Positions 24,845 to 25,095 of a stretch of 25,095 nt of DNA are shown here, piece by piece. Origin of the DNA: a virus (taxonomy: Duplodnaviria; Caudoviricetes); IMG/VR virus record IMGVR_UViG_3300025570_000104, positions 1 to 25,095 of that record; one strand, 5' to 3'. Made by a program: the position numbers and the translations under genes. The notes below the pieces were generated by a model. The model searched no databases. It was not told the origin of the DNA and saw nothing but the letters and a program-made list of their open reading frames with translations. Each line of letters begins with the position of its first letter. The first letter of the stretch is position 1.

Positions 24845-25095
24845 TCTTCTCTCCATAAATGCTAGGGAACAAGTCAGTCAATATATCCTTACACTGATCT
24901 GCTACTTCCCTATGTTCTTTTTGTGTTGCCTCGTCACAGCGAATGTCCACATAGTGCATCCAACTCCGCAACGTCCCGTTCATGTACATCCGACTATTGG
25001 TTAACCCTTCAGGCAGAATCTTACGCGCTACCTCCTTCGCTATCCCGTTGTTCAGAGCAGCTCCATACACCCCTCTAGCTTGCGCTATCAGGCTA
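24837..25095 (-). CDS. thyX: Flavin-dependent thymidylate synthase, C-terminal part (truncated by the window edge)
   Basis: GIAKEVARKILP, MNGTLRSWMHYVDIR and TQKEHR are ThyX C-terminal signatures. Confidence 0.92.
   Translation of the reverse strand, partial: SLIAQARGVYGAALNNGIAKEVARKILPEGLTNSRMYMNGTLRSWMHYVDIRCDEATQKEHREVADQCKDILTDLFPSIYGEKNG

Overview
This window is part of a lytic, podovirus-type tailed phage genome with two convergent arms that meet at a bidirectional intrinsic terminator (about 19999-20035). The plus arm (531-19994) runs: terminase small subunit, pesticin-type muramidase, unimolecular-spanin-like lipoprotein, terminase large subunit, portal, two small proteins, scaffold, major capsid protein, collagen-repeat fibre plus chaperone, holin candidates, adaptor, nozzle, a second fibre plus chaperone, and four internal/ejection proteins. 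The minus arm (20034-25095) runs: thyX (partial), a hypothetical protein, a metallophosphoesterase, a small acidic ORF, class I ribonucleotide reductase alpha and beta, phoH, and a hypothetical protein. This layout, with host-type promoters and no RNA polymerase in view, resembles Zobellviridae (SIO1/VpV262-like) phages of Gram-negative hosts; that assignment is an inference. I see no tRNA, CRISPR array, integrase or intron. I cannot demonstrate a new biological system. The best leads are regulatory: (1) three perfect, mutually similar sigma70 promoters driving late and lysis genes; (2) a repeat-rich control or packaging region at the left end (CTATATAG palindromes, TCAAGCG repeats, a Fur-box-like site, a divergent promoter); (3) start-codon- or SD-occluding leader hairpins; (4) a doubly coupled 19-aa basic micro-ORF; and (5) an apparently split giant ejection protein. 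All protein family calls come from motif recognition and gene order, not from database searches.
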